The translations under genes were made by a program, and so were the position numbers. From assembly GCA_041740105.1 (NCBI GenBank), contig JBGSMP010000296.1:5748-69747 (forward strand): a stretch of DNA of 64,000 nt, given 5' to 3'. The stretch comes from Sphingomonadaceae bacterium (GTDB lineage Bacteria > Pseudomonadota > Alphaproteobacteria > Sphingomonadales > Sphingomonadaceae). The notes below the pieces were generated by a model. It saw nothing but the letters and a program-made list of their open reading frames with translations. It did not search any database and was not told where the DNA came from. Positions 19,409 to 29,266 of the stretch are shown here, one piece after another. The first letter of the stretch is position 1; the number at the start of each line of letters is the position of its first letter.

Positions 19409-20089
19409 ATGGGAAATTACGTAGAGGGCTTTACCGCACCGGTCACACTCAATGTGAAGACGAGCGCGCTTGTCGTCGTCGATATGCAAAATGCGAGCGG
19501 CAGCCGATTGCATGGCCTTGGCAAATGGCTTGATGCGCGCGGCCAGCTGGAAAGTGCAGCTTACCGGTTCGATCGGATCGATGCGCTGCTTATCCCCAAT
19601 ATCGGCAAGCTGCTTGCGGCCTTTCGCGCCGCCAGCGCGCCGGTCATTCACCTGACAGTGGGCAGCGAGCGGCCCGATTACAGCGATGCACCGCGCCATA
19701 TGCGCCCGTTTTTCGAGGCGACGAACAATCATGCGGGCACGCTGGAGCACGAAATTGTCGGGCCGCTTCAGCCGCTCGCCGGGGAGCCGGTCTTCAACAA
19801 GGTCACGATGGGCGGGTTCGCCTCGACGGGCTTGGGCGCCTATCTTGCCAGCCGGGGCATCGGCGAGATCATCGTCACAGGGGTATCGACCAACAATTGC
19901 GTCGGCATGACGGGCATGGAGGCCACCGATCGGGGTTTGGGCGTCGTGCTTGTCTCGGACGCGACCGGCACCTGCAGCGAACGGATGCAATCCGCTTTCG
20001 AGGATACATTCCGGCGGCTGTGGGGGCGCGTTGCCAGCACTGACGAAGTCATCGCCGAAGTCACAGGCGCGCATCAATCAACGAACTGA
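19409..20089 (+). CDS. Isochorismatase-family cysteine amidohydrolase
   Basis: D-K-C triad: VVDMQN, NKVT, GVSTNNCV. Confidence 0.9.
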   Translation: MGNYVEGFTAPVTLNVKTSALVVVDMQNASGSRLHGLGKWLDARGQLESAAYRFDRIDALLIPNIGKLLAAFRAASAPVIHLTVGSERPDYSDAPRHMRPFFEATNNHAGTLEHEIVGPLQPLAGEPVFNKVTMGGFASTGLGAYLASRGIGEIIVTGVSTNNCVGMTGMEATDRGLGVVLVSDATGTCSERMQSAFEDTFRRLWGRVASTDEVIAEVTGAHQSTN

Positions 20090-20102
20090 GAGGAAGAAGA
20101 AC

Positions 20103-20960
20103 ATGGTCGCAAAGGCATTGGAGGTTCGCCCGCTTACCGAGGCATTCGGCGCCGAAGTCCTCGGCGTCGCGCTGTCGGCAGATATGGACGCCGACACACT
20201 CGCCGAGATCAAGGCGCTGTGGCTGCGGTACGGCGTGCTCCTGTTCCGCGGGCAATCGATGTCGAAGGATGATCATGTCGGCTTCAGCCGCCGAATCGGC
20301 CCGCTCGAAATCCACATCCGCGAGGAATGGCTCAATGATACGCATCCCGAGCTCTTGCAGATCACCAACATCCGCAAGGACGGCAAGCCGACCGGCGCGC
20401 TCGCCGATGGCGAAGTGGGCTGGCATTACGACCAGATTTATCTGCCCAAGCCCGCGATCGGGTCGCTGCTCTATTCAATCAAGATCCCGCCGGTCGGCGG
20501 CGGCACGCATTTTGCCGATATGGCCACTGCTTTTGCCCGCTTGCCGCAACATTTGAAGGCGGTCGTGCAGGGACGCAACGCCATCCAGTCCTATGTCGCG
20601 TTCAACCAGATGTATTCGACCGATACCAATGCCAAGCAGACCAACCTGACCCCCGACATCGCGCACCCGCTGGTCCGCACGCATCCCTACAGCGGACGGC
20701 AAGCGCTTTATATCTGTCCGGGCATGACCGTGAAAATCTGCGGCCTGCCCGAAGACGAGAGCCGCGCGGTGCTCGACGAACTCTTCGCCTGGCAAGTGCG
20801 CGAGGAGTTCATCTACCGGCACGACTGGGCCCTGGGCGACGGCCTGCTCTGGGACAACGCCTGCTCGATGCACCGCCGCGACGATTTCGACGGCACCCAC
20901 GAACGGCTGATGTATCGCACCACGATCCTCGCGCAGCCGGAGCGGGCGATCCCGTTTTAG
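20103..20960 (+). CDS. TauD/TfdA family Fe(II)/2-oxoglutarate dioxygenase
   Basis: FGAEV, WHYD (HxD), GGGTHFAD, HPLVRTHP, WDNACSMHRR. GAGGAAG RBS. Confidence 0.92.
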   Translation: MVAKALEVRPLTEAFGAEVLGVALSADMDADTLAEIKALWLRYGVLLFRGQSMSKDDHVGFSRRIGPLEIHIREEWLNDTHPELLQITNIRKDGKPTGALADGEVGWHYDQIYLPKPAIGSLLYSIKIPPVGGGTHFADMATAFARLPQHLKAVVQGRNAIQSYVAFNQMYSTDTNAKQTNLTPDIAHPLVRTHPYSGRQALYICPGMTVKICGLPEDESRAVLDELFAWQVREEFIYRHDWALGDGLLWDNACSMHRRDDFDGTHERLMYRTTILAQPERAIPF

Positions 20961-21015
20961 GGGGTGGTCGCTTGCGGCAATGTGCGTTGCGACGGGCTGG
21001 ACGTATGGCAAGTAA

Positions 21016-21037
21016 GTTGGGGATTGCGGAAGGTCCG
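21016..21037 (-). repeat. Array-terminal motif B, copy 1 (CGGACCTTCCGCAATCCCCAAC)
   Basis: 18/22 identical to 36913-36934, and in the same position after the last gene of an array. Confidence 0.65.
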
Positions 21038-21056
21038 CTTGCGAACGGCAATGACT

Positions 21057-21458
21057 CTAATCGGGCAGTGGCAAAACCTCGATCAGCTCGAACCGTTCAC
21101 ACCATAACAGCATCTCTGGATCGAAGCCGCCGTTCTTTGTGAAATACGATTCGTGTGCATCACGCCAGTACGTCAGACTCAAGTCGCCTTCGCCTTCGGC
21201 AGCAGCAAAGTCTTCACTGACGTTGTTGAAGCGTTCAGTGCACAGTTCTATCGTTTCAAGCACAGCCCGGGGACACCCACTTCCGTCTTCGACGACCCAG
21301 CGCTCGCCGACGACTGCGTTTTTTGACCCTTCCGCAGCACTCCAGCACGTTGCCCTTTTTGTGCCAGCAAGGATCAAGTTCAGCAACTCATCGGCCAGTT
21401 CGGGGCCATCGCCAAATGGAAAGCGAGGAAGCGACCGCCAATTGCCCGTTGAAGTCAT
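21057..21458 (-). CDS. ASCH domain protein
   Basis: FGD...ADELLNLILAGTKRATC, FAAAEGEGDLSLTYWRDAH, CERF. Confidence 0.9.
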   Translation of the reverse strand: MTSTGNWRSLPRFPFGDGPELADELLNLILAGTKRATCWSAAEGSKNAVVGERWVVEDGSGCPRAVLETIELCTERFNNVSEDFAAAEGEGDLSLTYWRDAHESYFTKNGGFDPEMLLWCERFELIEVLPLPD

Positions 21459-21494
21459 ACCTTCGGTCACCTTCTTGTTGACCTCACCAATGGG

Positions 21495-21545
21495 GTCTGC
21501 TTTGAGAAAAGCGATAAGCCGCCCTTGCGACCGAAAAGTTGTCGC
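21495..21545 (-). repeat. Bipartite repeat A, copy 1
   Basis: + strand GTCTGCTTTGAG-N22-GACCGAAAAGTTGTCGC. The 17-mer is identical to copy 2. Confidence 0.8.
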
Positions 21546-21567
21546 GTGCCGCCCCAGCAAGAGACCT

Positions 21568-21888
21568 TTAGCGTCGCGGGCTTTGCCCCCGTATGTCAGC
21601 CCAATATTCGGCTTGCACGTCAACGTCGATCTCGACCGGCTTGGCACTCCCCTCATAAAGACGATCACCGCCATCCTTGCGCGGGCCGGAAATCCAGAAG
21701 TGCGCTCCTGTCTCAGTCTCAAAGTAGTTAGCTTTGAAACCTAGCCCGCCAAGGCGCCGAAAGGTTCGGCCGTCATAATGAACCGACTGCCCTGACTTCG
21801 ATAGCATGACGCGACCAATCCGTGCGGGACCGTTTAATCCCTCGGACTTGTCTTCAATATACATGATTCGCGATTTCTTGGCGGTCAT
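21568..21888 (-). CDS. Hypothetical protein, 106 aa
   Basis: Protein-like sequence (IMYIEDK...ARIGRV..SKSG...GFKANYF...FWISGPRKDGGDRLY) with an RBS, fitting between two A repeats. Confidence 0.75.
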   Translation of the reverse strand: MTAKKSRIMYIEDKSEGLNGPARIGRVMLSKSGQSVHYDGRTFRRLGGLGFKANYFETETGAHFWISGPRKDGGDRLYEGSAKPVEIDVDVQAEYWADIRGQSPRR

Positions 21889-21939
21889 CCTGCGTGCCTT
21901 TCCGGTGCGTTCCTACGCGAACTCAACGAAACAGGGAAC

Positions 21940-21991
21940 GACCGCTTTGAGGCGCTGATACCCGACGAACCAATGACCGAAAAGTTGTCGC
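21940..21991 (-). repeat. Bipartite repeat A, copy 2
   Basis: + strand GACCGCTTTGAG-N23-GACCGAAAAGTTGTCGC. Confidence 0.8.
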
Positions 21992-22022
21992 TTCCCGCCA
22001 CCAACACCATCACGCCGCAGCT

Positions 22023-22421
22023 TCAAACAAGCACGTTCGACCCACTGAAATAGACGTAAACTTCCTGGAACTTGCCGTCGCGGACGCGCCAGAAATTGGT
22101 GTTGTAAAAGCGCGTCACGCTGCCGTCGTGCCCGGTCAGCACCGCTTCGAACGAGGCGGTGATACGGCCGTTCGCCTCGTCAACGGTGCAGACGAAATCC
22201 TTGTGCACGATCGTTTCGAAGGCGCCGAAGAAATCCTCGAACATGCGCTGGATCGCGGCTTTCCCCGCGTGGCGCGTGAACGCGGTCTGGACGCAGAGCA
22301 GCGCTTCGTCGTTGAAGCAGGCGAGCGTCGCGTCCATGTCCTTTTTATCGACGTTGCCGAAGTAGCGCATGGTCGCGAGCTCGATCAGTTCGGCGCGGGT
22401 GAGGGTGGGTTCATACTGCAT
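22023..22421 (-). CDS. SnoaL/NTF2-like protein
   Basis: RYFGNVDKKDMDATLACF, HAGKAAIQRMF, FQEVYVYFSG. Confidence 0.85.
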   Translation of the reverse strand: MQYEPTLTRAELIELATMRYFGNVDKKDMDATLACFNDEALLCVQTAFTRHAGKAAIQRMFEDFFGAFETIVHKDFVCTVDEANGRITASFEAVLTGHDGSVTRFYNTNFWRVRDGKFQEVYVYFSGSNVLV

Positions 22422-22855
22422 CAGGCGTCTCCTTCCTTCAGCAAATTGTCGCCGCTCATGTAGACATAGACGCGCTGGAACTTGTCGCCTTTGAGGTAGA
22501 AGCGGTTGCAGTTTTCGTAGCGCAGTTCGTCGCCGCCCGCGGGCGTGATCAGCACAGTGAACTGCGAGCAGACCGAATTGCTGTCGGGGTCCGCTGTGTG
22601 AACGAAATTGCCGTGCCAGATCGCCGAGAAATCGGAGAAAAGCCGCGTGAACATCGCGCGGATCGCCGTCTTGCCATCGTGCACGGTGTTCGACGTCACT
22701 TCGGTCAGCACGGCATCATCGTGAAAGCAATCGAGCACCTGATCCATCGCTTTGTTGTCGACGCCATCGAAATAGCGCTTGGTCACGATGTCGATATAAA
22801 ATGGGTAGGGCAGGGGTGTTTGCCCCGCGCCCGCTTCAGCCCAGTCTGCCATCAT
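22421..22855 (-). CDS. SnoaL/NTF2-like protein, paralog of neighbour
   Basis: RYFDGVDNKAMDQVLDCF, HDGKTAIRAMF, FQRVYVYMSG. Confidence 0.85.
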   Translation of the reverse strand: MMADWAEAGAGQTPLPYPFYIDIVTKRYFDGVDNKAMDQVLDCFHDDAVLTEVTSNTVHDGKTAIRAMFTRLFSDFSAIWHGNFVHTADPDSNSVCSQFTVLITPAGGDELRYENCNRFYLKGDKFQRVYVYMSGDNLLKEGDA

Positions 22856-23604
22856 GCGCTCCCTTTCCGGATGCCGTTGTCATTACCCACTTCGGGATTG
22901 GGGAAGGCCTTCTTGCTGTGCGACAGTCCGAGTTGGACCAGCAATTCGGCCTGTTTATAGGCGACCAGCCCGGGGTTTATCACCGGGACGGGCAGATTCT
23001 CGGCGAGCCATCCGGCCGACTGGTGCATCGTGGTCGATCCCAGCACGATGACATCGGCGCCATCCTCGGCGATCGCGGCTTCGGCTTCGGCTTTCAGCTT
23101 GGCGAAGATGACCTCCTCCTTGCCGGCGAGCAGTTCGGCGACATCGGGCCGCGTCCTGATCGACCGCAAGGATGCGCAGCGCGGCCAATAGCCATATTCG
23201 GTCAGCGTCTTTTCATAGAGCGGGAACCATTCGTCCCACATCGTCAACACGGTGAACTTCTTGCCCAGCATCATCGCCATGTGAAACGCGCATTCGCCAG
23301 GGCCGACCACGGGGATCGACAGTCGCGAGCGCAGCGCCCGCAGCCCCGAATCGCTCACGGTGTCGATTACCACTGCCGAATAGCCCTCGGCTTCGGCATC
23401 GATCCCTGCCTGGAAAACGGTCCAGTCCATCAGCAGCATGTCATGATAGCTGTCACCAAGTGCCGCACCCCAGCCGACCGCGGCAAACTCTGGCTTGAAA
23501 CCCGGCGCGATCATGGCGGGCGGCAGTTGTGCGGCGCGGTTGGCGACGCCAGCGGCATCCATCGGGATCGGAACGATGACCTTGATCCGGTGCTCGACTG
23601 CCAT
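22852..23604 (-). CDS. Asp/Glu/hydantoin racemase family protein
   Basis: EGYSAVVIDTVSDSGLRALRS, IPVVGP, DGADVIVLGSTTM, PVINPG, LSHSKKAF. Confidence 0.85.
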   Translation of the reverse strand: MAVEHRIKVIVPIPMDAAGVANRAAQLPPAMIAPGFKPEFAAVGWGAALGDSYHDMLLMDWTVFQAGIDAEAEGYSAVVIDTVSDSGLRALRSRLSIPVVGPGECAFHMAMMLGKKFTVLTMWDEWFPLYEKTLTEYGYWPRCASLRSIRTRPDVAELLAGKEEVIFAKLKAEAEAAIAEDGADVIVLGSTTMHQSAGWLAENLPVPVINPGLVAYKQAELLVQLGLSHSKKAFPNPEVGNDNGIRKGSA

Positions 23605-23640
23605 TTCCACCCCCAATTTCATGGACTGTGCGGAAAGACT

Positions 23641-23650
23641 ATGTATACAT
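23641..23650. promoter_or_regulatory. GntR-type palindrome ATGTATACAT
   Basis: Perfect palindrome between divergent racemase and gntR genes. Related site at 24368. Confidence 0.65.
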
Positions 23651-23680
23651 TATTGGCGAGTCAAGCCGGGAGGAGAAACC

Positions 23681-24349
23681 ATGTCCAGTGCGTCGGACCG
23701 GGCTTATGGCGCCATCAAGGCCATGATCCTGGCGGGTGAACTGGCCTCGGGTTCGCAGTTGCGCGAGGAGGAGCTCGCCGAACGCTGTGGCGTCTCGCGC
23801 ACACCTGTTCGCGAGGCATTGCGGAGGCTCGAGACGGACCTTTTGGTGTACCGCAGCGAGACGCAGCGCAGCTTCGTGGCCGAATGGTCGCTCGACGATA
23901 TCGAACAGGCGTTCGAGCTGCGCGGGATGCTCGAAAGCCATGCTGCCAAGCGTGCCGCCGAGCGCATGACCGCATTGCGACTCGAGCAGCTCAGAGACTG
24001 CAACAGCGCCATTCGCGCTGCGATCGCGCCACGCTGTCCGGACGTTTCGGACTTCCTTGCGCATAACAGCGCCTTCCACCGTGGCATCACCGAGGCTGCC
24101 GAATCGGCCCGTTTGACCAAGATCCTTGCGCGCATCGTCGAGCAACCGATCGTTTGGCGGACCGTCCAGAACTTCGACCGTGAAGATCTGTTGAGATCGC
24201 ATCGCGAGCATGAAGATTTGCTTGCCGCTTTTGCCAGCCACGATGGTGTCTGGGCGGCATCGGTCATGGCAACGCATATCCGTCGGGCATTTCACACCTT
24301 CTCGGCGGCCGGACGGGGCGGCGATCTCTCAAGCCCTTCCGGAAAATAA
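23681..24349 (+). CDS. GntR family regulator (FCD domain)
   Basis: LREEELAERCGVSRTPVREAL, NSAFH, EHEDL, MATHI. AGGAGA RBS. Confidence 0.93.
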   Translation: MSSASDRAYGAIKAMILAGELASGSQLREEELAERCGVSRTPVREALRRLETDLLVYRSETQRSFVAEWSLDDIEQAFELRGMLESHAAKRAAERMTALRLEQLRDCNSAIRAAIAPRCPDVSDFLAHNSAFHRGITEAAESARLTKILARIVEQPIVWRTVQNFDREDLLRSHREHEDLLAAFASHDGVWAASVMATHIRRAFHTFSAAGRGGDLSSPSGK

Positions 24350-24367
24350 ATAGAATCATTGCTTGAA

Positions 24368-24379
24368 TTTGTATCCAAA
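24368..24379. promoter_or_regulatory. GntR-type site TTTGTATCCAAA
   Basis: Near-palindrome resembling 23641, upstream of the HMG-CoA lyase/hydantoinase operon. Confidence 0.55.
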
Positions 24380-24396
24380 CATGGCAAGCTCTCGCC

Positions 24397-25305
24397 ATGG
24401 TTCCTGCTGCGATCTCATTTGTCGAAGTCGGGCCGCGCGATGGGCTGCAAAATGAACACGCCCTGATCGCGACGGCGGACAAACTGAGCCTCATCGACCG
24501 AGCGCTGACAGCAGGCGTGCGCCGGATCGAAGTCGCAAGTTTCGTGAACCCCAAGAGGGTGCCGCAAATGGCAGATGCAGAAGCGGTCTGCGCCGGATTG
24601 CCGCGCCGCGACGACGTGATCTACATCGGATTGGCACTGAATACCCGCGGTGCGGACCGCGCGATTGCGACGGGCCGGATCAACCAGCTCGGCGCCGTCG
24701 CGGTGGCAACCGATCGCTTCGCAATCGCCAATCAAGGACAGAGCAGCAACGAGTCGGTCGACGCGGCATGTGCAATCATCGCGCTTGCGGCGGCATCGGG
24801 TCTGACCGGGCAAGCCACAATCGGTGCTGCGTTCGGGTGTCCCTTCGAAGGCGAAGTCAGCGAAGACCGCGTGGTCGATATGGCGGTCCGATTGGGTGAA
24901 GGCGGCGCCGTCGAAATTGCGCTTGCCGATACGATTGGTGTTGCGGATCCGGCGCATGTCGCACGGCTGGTCACGCGGGTGTGTGCGGCAATTGCGCCGT
25001 TGCCGGTGCGTGTCCATTTTCATAATACGCGCGGGACCGGCCTCGCCAACGTCTGGGCAGCAATCACATCCGGCGCGTCGATTGTCGATGGATCGATCGG
25101 CGGGCTCGGCGGCTGCCCCTTCGCACCGGGTGCTGCGGGCAATGTCGCAACCGAAGATGTCGTTTACATGCTCGAACGCGCCGGAATCGCGACGGGTCTG
25201 CATCTGGGAATGCTGGTTGAGACCAGCACATGGCTTTCAGGCGTTATGGCGCGCAAACTGCCGGGCATGGTGGCGCTGGCGCCACCATTTCCCAAAGCGG
25301 CATAA
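24397..25305 (+). CDS. HMG-CoA lyase family protein
   Basis: EVGPRDGLQNE, FGCPFEG, LADTIG, HFHNTRG, GGLGGCPFAPGAAGNVATED. Confidence 0.93.
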   Translation: MVPAAISFVEVGPRDGLQNEHALIATADKLSLIDRALTAGVRRIEVASFVNPKRVPQMADAEAVCAGLPRRDDVIYIGLALNTRGADRAIATGRINQLGAVAVATDRFAIANQGQSSNESVDAACAIIALAAASGLTGQATIGAAFGCPFEGEVSEDRVVDMAVRLGEGGAVEIALADTIGVADPAHVARLVTRVCAAIAPLPVRVHFHNTRGTGLANVWAAITSGASIVDGSIGGLGGCPFAPGAAGNVATEDVVYMLERAGIATGLHLGMLVETSTWLSGVMARKLPGMVALAPPFPKAA

Positions 25306-25324
25306 TTAAAAAAAGGGGGAACGA

Positions 25325-27373
25325 ATGGGTTACCGATTAGGCGTCGACGTTGGCGGGACTTTCACCGATCTGCTTCTTTTCGATGAAGCGACCGGCGCGT
25401 TCTGGCGCCACAAGACGCCATCGACGCCGCACGACAGTTCGGAGGGCATCTTGACGGGCGTCAATGCCATTTGTGCGGACGCCGACATCAATGCGACGCA
25501 GATCGAATTTTTCCTGCATGGCACAACCGTTGCGACCAATGCGATGCTCGAAGGCAAGGGCGCGCGCGTCGGCCTGATCACGACCGAGGGTTATCGCCAC
25601 GTCATGCAGATCGCGCGATCCTATGTGCCGGGCGGGCTGGCCGGCTGGATCATCTGGCCGAAGCCTAAGCCGCTGGCGGCGCTTGAGGATACTGTCACTG
25701 TTGGCGGTCGCATGAATGCGCAGGGCGAAGAAGTTCGTCCGCTCGACGAGGAGAGCGTTCGCAAAGCGCTCGCCAAGCTGAGGGCGCAGGGCGTCGAGGC
25801 AATCACGGTGTCGCTGATCAACGCCTACGTAAACGGCGATCATGAAAAGCGCATTGGCGCGATGGCCCGGGAAATCATGCAGGATGTTCCGGTTTCGCTC
25901 AGCCATGAAGTGCTTCCCGAGATGCAGGAATATGAGCGCACGTTGACGACGGTCGCCAACGCCGCCGTCCGTCCGGTCGTCGGGCGCTATGTCGCCAGCT
26001 TGCGCGACAAGCTGGCCAAGGCCGGCATGGCCGGAAAGCTCTCGCTGCTGCGTTCGGACGGCGGACTGATGTCGGCGCAGAAGGCCGAGGAACACCCGGT
26101 CAACATCCTGATGTCGGGACCGGCGGGCGGCGTGACCGGTGCGCTCTGGGTTGCGCGGAACGCCGGGCTAAAGAACATTTTGACTCTCGACGTTGGCGGC
26201 ACGTCGACCGATGTCGCGCTGATCGAGAATCTCGAGCCGCGGCGGGTTCGCACGACCGATGTCGGGCACTTGTCTGTCCGGACATCGTCGCTCGACGTGA
26301 AGACTGTCGGTGCAGGCGGAGGCTCGATCGCTTATGTGCCCGAATTGACCAAGGCGCTGCGCGTCGGGCCGCAAAGCGCCGGCGCGGTCCCCGGGCCGGT
26401 CGCCTATGGCAAGGGGGGTGAATCGCCGACGGTGACCGATGCCAACGTCGTCCTTGGCCACCTGCCGGAAAATCTGCTCGGCGGCACGTTCAAGCTCGAT
26501 CGCGACGGTGCCAAGCGTTCCGTGCAGACGATCGCCGATGCGCTCGGCATCGATCTGATGGCCGCTGCGCGCGGCATCATCGACATCGTCAATGAAAACA
26601 TGTTCGGCGCGCTCCGGATGATCTCGGTCCAGCAGGGCTATGACCCGCGCCATTTTGCGCTGATGGGCTTTGGCGGCGCCGGACCGCTTCATGTCAATGC
26701 GGTCGCCCGACTGATGGGCAGCTGGCCCGCCGTTTCACCCGTTTCACCCGGCGTGCTGTGCGCGCTCGGCGATGCGACAACGCGAATGCGCACTGAAACG
26801 GCGCGGTCCTTTTCGCGACTGGCGAATACAACGACAGCCGAGGAACTTAATGCCGTGCTTTCCGAAATGGAGCAGCAGACCCGCGCCGAACTGCTTTCAG
26901 ATGGTGTCCCGGCAGCGCTGATCGAAAGCGAATTCGAAATCGATGTGCGCTACGCCGGCCAGGCTTTTGAGGTGCCGCTGACGATCACGCCCGAGGTGCT
27001 TTTGCGCGACGGCATCAACGGAATCTTGCAGCGCTTCGACGACGAACATCTTCGTCTGTTCACCTTCAATATGGACACCCCACACGAGATCGTAAACCTG
27101 CGGGCTGTTGCGCTCGGACAGTCGCTCAGTCTTCCTGCGGTGGAACTCCCGGTTGGCAACGGTGATCCCATCAACGCAAAGATGCGCGATCACACATTGT
27201 GGATGGACGGTAAGGAGCAGGCCGCCGTCATTTATGACCGCTCGCTGCTGAAGCAGGGTGACGTCATTCCCGGGCCGGCGATCGTCGTCGAAATGGACTC
27301 GACCACACTCATCGAGAGCGGCTGCGTCGCAAAAGTCGACAAGGTCGGCAATATCCTGATCAATTTGGCGTAA
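25325..27373 (+). CDS. Hydantoinase A / oxoprolinase subunit
   Basis: GVDVGGTFTD, HGTTVATNA, SGPAGG, DVGGTSTD, GAGGGS, FGGAGPLH. Confidence 0.95.
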   Translation: MGYRLGVDVGGTFTDLLLFDEATGAFWRHKTPSTPHDSSEGILTGVNAICADADINATQIEFFLHGTTVATNAMLEGKGARVGLITTEGYRHVMQIARSYVPGGLAGWIIWPKPKPLAALEDTVTVGGRMNAQGEEVRPLDEESVRKALAKLRAQGVEAITVSLINAYVNGDHEKRIGAMAREIMQDVPVSLSHEVLPEMQEYERTLTTVANAAVRPVVGRYVASLRDKLAKAGMAGKLSLLRSDGGLMSAQKAEEHPVNILMSGPAGGVTGALWVARNAGLKNILTLDVGGTSTDVALIENLEPRRVRTTDVGHLSVRTSSLDVKTVGAGGGSIAYVPELTKALRVGPQSAGAVPGPVAYGKGGESPTVTDANVVLGHLPENLLGGTFKLDRDGAKRSVQTIADALGIDLMAAARGIIDIVNENMFGALRMISVQQGYDPRHFALMGFGGAGPLHVNAVARLMGSWPAVSPVSPGVLCALGDATTRMRTETARSFSRLANTTTAEELNAVLSEMEQQTRAELLSDGVPAALIESEFEIDVRYAGQAFEVPLTITPEVLLRDGINGILQRFDDEHLRLFTFNMDTPHEIVNLRAVALGQSLSLPAVELPVGNGDPINAKMRDHTLWMDGKEQAAVIYDRSLLKQGDVIPGPAIVVEMDSTTLIESGCVAKVDKVGNILINLA

Positions 27374-27385
27374 GGGAGTAAAAAC

Positions 27386-29263
27386 ATGCTCGCACAGATC
27401 ATCGAAACGAACGCAACGCCTTTCACCAAGCAGCCGATCGACCCGGTCACGCTCGACATCATCGAAAACGCGTTGCGCAACGCGCGTAACGAGATGGACG
27501 CAACGCTCAGCCGCACGGCCATGTCGCCGGGTATTCGCGAGCAGGGCGACGCCTTTCCGCTGATCGCCGATCATGCCGGGCGGATGATCGTCGGCCAGTT
27601 CGGCAGCTTCATCGGCGGCTTCCTCGACAGCTATGAGGGCACGATCGAAGACGGCGACATGATCCTGCTTTCGGACCCCTATAGCTGCGCGGGGGCCGTC
27701 AGCCACTCGAACGACTGGCTCGTGCTACTACCCGTCTTCAAGAACGGCCGTCTCATCGGTTACACGGCGATGTTCGGCCATCAGGCCGATATCGGCGGCA
27801 AGGTGGTCGGCTCGATGCCGATCGATTCACGCTCGATCTTCGAGGAGGGCGTCCGCATTCCGCCGGTCAAGATCTGGAGCAAGGGCGCCTACAACGCCGA
27901 CGTCATCAAGCTGATTATGCACCAGACCCGCAAACCCGACTGGTGTCAGGCCGATCTCAACGCGCTCATCGCGTCATGCCGCGTCGCCGCGCGCCGGATC
28001 GTTGAAATGGCCGACCGGTTCGGCGACGAGGTCTATGTTTCGGCAACCGACGAACTGCTCGCCCGCAATCACCGCGCCATGAAACATCTGATTGCGAATG
28101 CGATCGGCGAGGCACCGGTCAGTTTCGAGGATTATATCTGCGACGACGGGATGGGTGCGGGCCCATTCAAGATCCGGTGCACGATGTGGCGCGAAGGCGA
28201 ACGCGTGATCCTCGATTTCGACGGGACCGATCCGCAAAGCCAGTATTCGATCAATTTCTACCTGAACGAAAACATGTTCCGGATGTTTTTCGGCATCTAC
28301 ATGATCATGGTGTTCGACCCGCAGATTCTGTTTAACGACGGGTTCTACGATCTCATCGACGTCCGTATTCCCGAAGGTTCGCTGCTCAAACCGAAGTTTC
28401 CAGCAGCACTTTCGGGGCGCACGCATGCGCTCGGTCGCATTTTCGATGTGCTCGGCGGCCTGCTCGGCCAGAAAACGCCCGAATTCCTTAACGCAGCGGG
28501 CTTCTCGTCTTCACCGCATCTTTTCTATTCCGGCTATGATGCCAAGAACGAGTGGTTCCAGCTCTTCCAGATCGGCTTTGGCGGCATTCCGGGGCGACCG
28601 CTCGGCGATGGACCCGATGGGCATTCGCTGTGGCCGGGCTTCACCAACGTGCCCAACGAATTTCTCGAGCGCTACTTTCCACTGATAATCGAACGTTACG
28701 ATACGGCACCCGACAGCGGGGGTGCCGGCTTGCATCGCGGCGGCAATGGCATTCACATGACGTACCGCTTTCTCGCATCAGGCACGATTTCGGCGCACGA
28801 TGACCGGTGGTTCGTGCCGCCATGGGGCGTCAACGGCGGGCAACCGGCGATGCGATCGCGCAAGATTGTGGAAAAGCCAGATGGTTCGCAGATCATCATC
28901 AGCAACAAGACCGATGCCTATCCGGTCGAAGCGGGCGACCAGCTTCACTTCATCACCTGGGGCGGCGGCGGCTGGGGCGATCCGCTCGAGCGCTCGGCCG
29001 AACTCGTAGCCAAAGAGATCACGCAGGGCCTTGTCACTGTCAGCGGGGCGCAGGCCTATGGCGTCGTGGCCAACGATGACGGGTCCGTCGATCAGGATGC
29101 GACCGAAGCGCTCCGTGCCAAGTTGCGTGCAGCCCGCCCGGCCACACTGCCGACGTTCAACTTCGGGCCGGACATCGAGACACTGCGCGCGCAGTGCGAG
29201 GCGGAGACCGGGCTGCCCGCTCCGGTGCAGCCGGTGTGGCAGACCTTGCAGGCCGCGGAGTAG
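27386..29263 (+). CDS. Hydantoinase B / oxoprolinase subunit
   Basis: DPVTLDII, DPY...HSND, HQADIGG, EEGVRIPP, DSGGAGLHRGG, GGGGWGDP. Confidence 0.95.
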   Translation: MLAQIIETNATPFTKQPIDPVTLDIIENALRNARNEMDATLSRTAMSPGIREQGDAFPLIADHAGRMIVGQFGSFIGGFLDSYEGTIEDGDMILLSDPYSCAGAVSHSNDWLVLLPVFKNGRLIGYTAMFGHQADIGGKVVGSMPIDSRSIFEEGVRIPPVKIWSKGAYNADVIKLIMHQTRKPDWCQADLNALIASCRVAARRIVEMADRFGDEVYVSATDELLARNHRAMKHLIANAIGEAPVSFEDYICDDGMGAGPFKIRCTMWREGERVILDFDGTDPQSQYSINFYLNENMFRMFFGIYMIMVFDPQILFNDGFYDLIDVRIPEGSLLKPKFPAALSGRTHALGRIFDVLGGLLGQKTPEFLNAAGFSSSPHLFYSGYDAKNEWFQLFQIGFGGIPGRPLGDGPDGHSLWPGFTNVPNEFLERYFPLIIERYDTAPDSGGAGLHRGGNGIHMTYRFLASGTISAHDDRWFVPPWGVNGGQPAMRSRKIVEKPDGSQIIISNKTDAYPVEAGDQLHFITWGGGGWGDPLERSAELVAKEITQGLVTVSGAQAYGVVANDDGSVDQDATEALRAKLRAARPATLPTFNFGPDIETLRAQCEAETGLPAPVQPVWQTLQAAE

Positions 29264-29266
29264 ATC

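Noticed and set aside
21495-21991. Repeat A as a CRISPR array
   Set aside because: Copies are separated by whole genes rather than 30-40 bp spacers, and no cas genes are present.
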